6,202 nucleotides of DNA, from NCBI GenBank assembly GCA_046536775.1, contig JAWDMD010000025.1, forward strand, positions 1 through 6,202. Direction: 5' to 3'. This document shows, in pieces, positions 6,088 through 6,202 of this stretch. A program made the position numbers and the translations under genes. The DNA is from Candidatus Nanopusillus sp. Its GTDB lineage: Archaea; Nanobdellota; Nanobdellia; Nanobdellales; Nanobdellaceae. Each line of letters opens with the position of its first letter. Positions within the stretch are counted from its first letter, which is position 1. The notes beneath the pieces are model-generated. The model had not been told where the DNA came from, searched no databases, and worked only from the letters and a program-made list of their open reading frames with translations.

Positions 6088-6088
6088 T

Positions 6089-6121
6089 GTATAATTACAA
6101 TTAGTATAATTACGATTATAC
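6089..6121. repeat. 10-bp perfect direct repeat GTATAATTAC x2 (period 15), second copy forming a 7-bp inverted repeat GTATAAT-TACG-ATTATAC
   Basis: The copies lie at 6089..6098 and 6104..6113. The arm 6104..6110 is the reverse complement of 6115..6121. Confidence 0.6.
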
Positions 6122-6202
6122 AAATAATGAAAATACAAAAGATATATATTTAATAGAATGTAAGTATTCTGATAATATAATCCAAAAGAAATATTAGAAG
6201 AT

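Noticed and set aside
6066-6171. Possible C/D-box sRNA in the ORF-free tail (ATGATAA at 6068, ATGAAAA at 6127, CTGA at 6168).
   Set aside because: Neither candidate C box matches RUGAUGA at the critical second GA. No D'/C' pair is evident. The resemblance is at the level of chance.
6064-6201. Minus-strand frame open from the right window edge to a TAA at 6064..6066 (SSNISFGLYYQNTYILLNIYLLYFHYLYNRNYTNCNYTYIKFIII), a possible 3' end of a gene entering from the right.
   Set aside because: It is only 45 codons of Tyr/Asn/Ile-rich low-complexity translation with no motif. It overlaps the direct and inverted repeats. It cannot be supported without the sequence beyond the window.
1-6202. Scan for tRNA or rRNA genes, CRISPR repeat-spacer arrays and transposase/integrase genes.
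   Set aside because: No GC-rich cloverleaf-like islands stand out in the AT-rich spacers. There are no regularly spaced repeats of 24 bp or longer. No ORF has recombinase motifs. The Zn ribbon of the 201-aa protein resembles IS-encoded ribbons, but no transposase catalytic domain follows it.

Overview
This is a very AT-rich window (roughly a quarter G+C by eye, not computed). It has five supportable protein-coding genes. I see no rRNA, tRNA, CRISPR array or transposase. The dominant feature is a 1142-aa minus-strand gene (415..3843). It reads as a single-polypeptide Type IIG restriction-modification enzyme with three parts: an N-terminal PD-(D/E)xK nuclease (D74-x8-E83-x-K85), a gamma-class N6-adenine methyltransferase (FGEYYTP, VLDPACGSGTFL, GNPPW) and a C-terminal target-recognition region. 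No separate methyltransferase, specificity subunit or controller gene is visible. A 201-aa gene (4052..4657, +) is transcribed divergently from the same 208-bp intergenic region. It encodes a four-Cys zinc ribbon fused to a domain with a restriction-endonuclease-like D...E pattern that lacks the usual Lys. This protein is the best candidate here for an undescribed partner of the R-M enzyme, but that is a hypothesis and not an identification. Downstream lie two polytopic membrane-protein ORFs (4933..5367 and 5374..5862, +). They look paralogous and sit in the same reading frame, separated only by one TAG codon and two sense codons. A small 2-TM ORF with a TTG start lies at the left edge (3..230, -). 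Two + strand genes have TTTATAAA/TATATATT boxes about 26-28 nt upstream of their ATG and no Shine-Dalgarno sequence. That geometry suggests leaderless archaeal-type transcription. The intergenic regions contain an ATAGAT motif cluster with a 9-bp inverted repeat, an A5T5-centred palindrome, and a 340-bp ORF-free tail with a 10-bp direct repeat. All functional calls rest on motif reading by eye, and no database search was possible.
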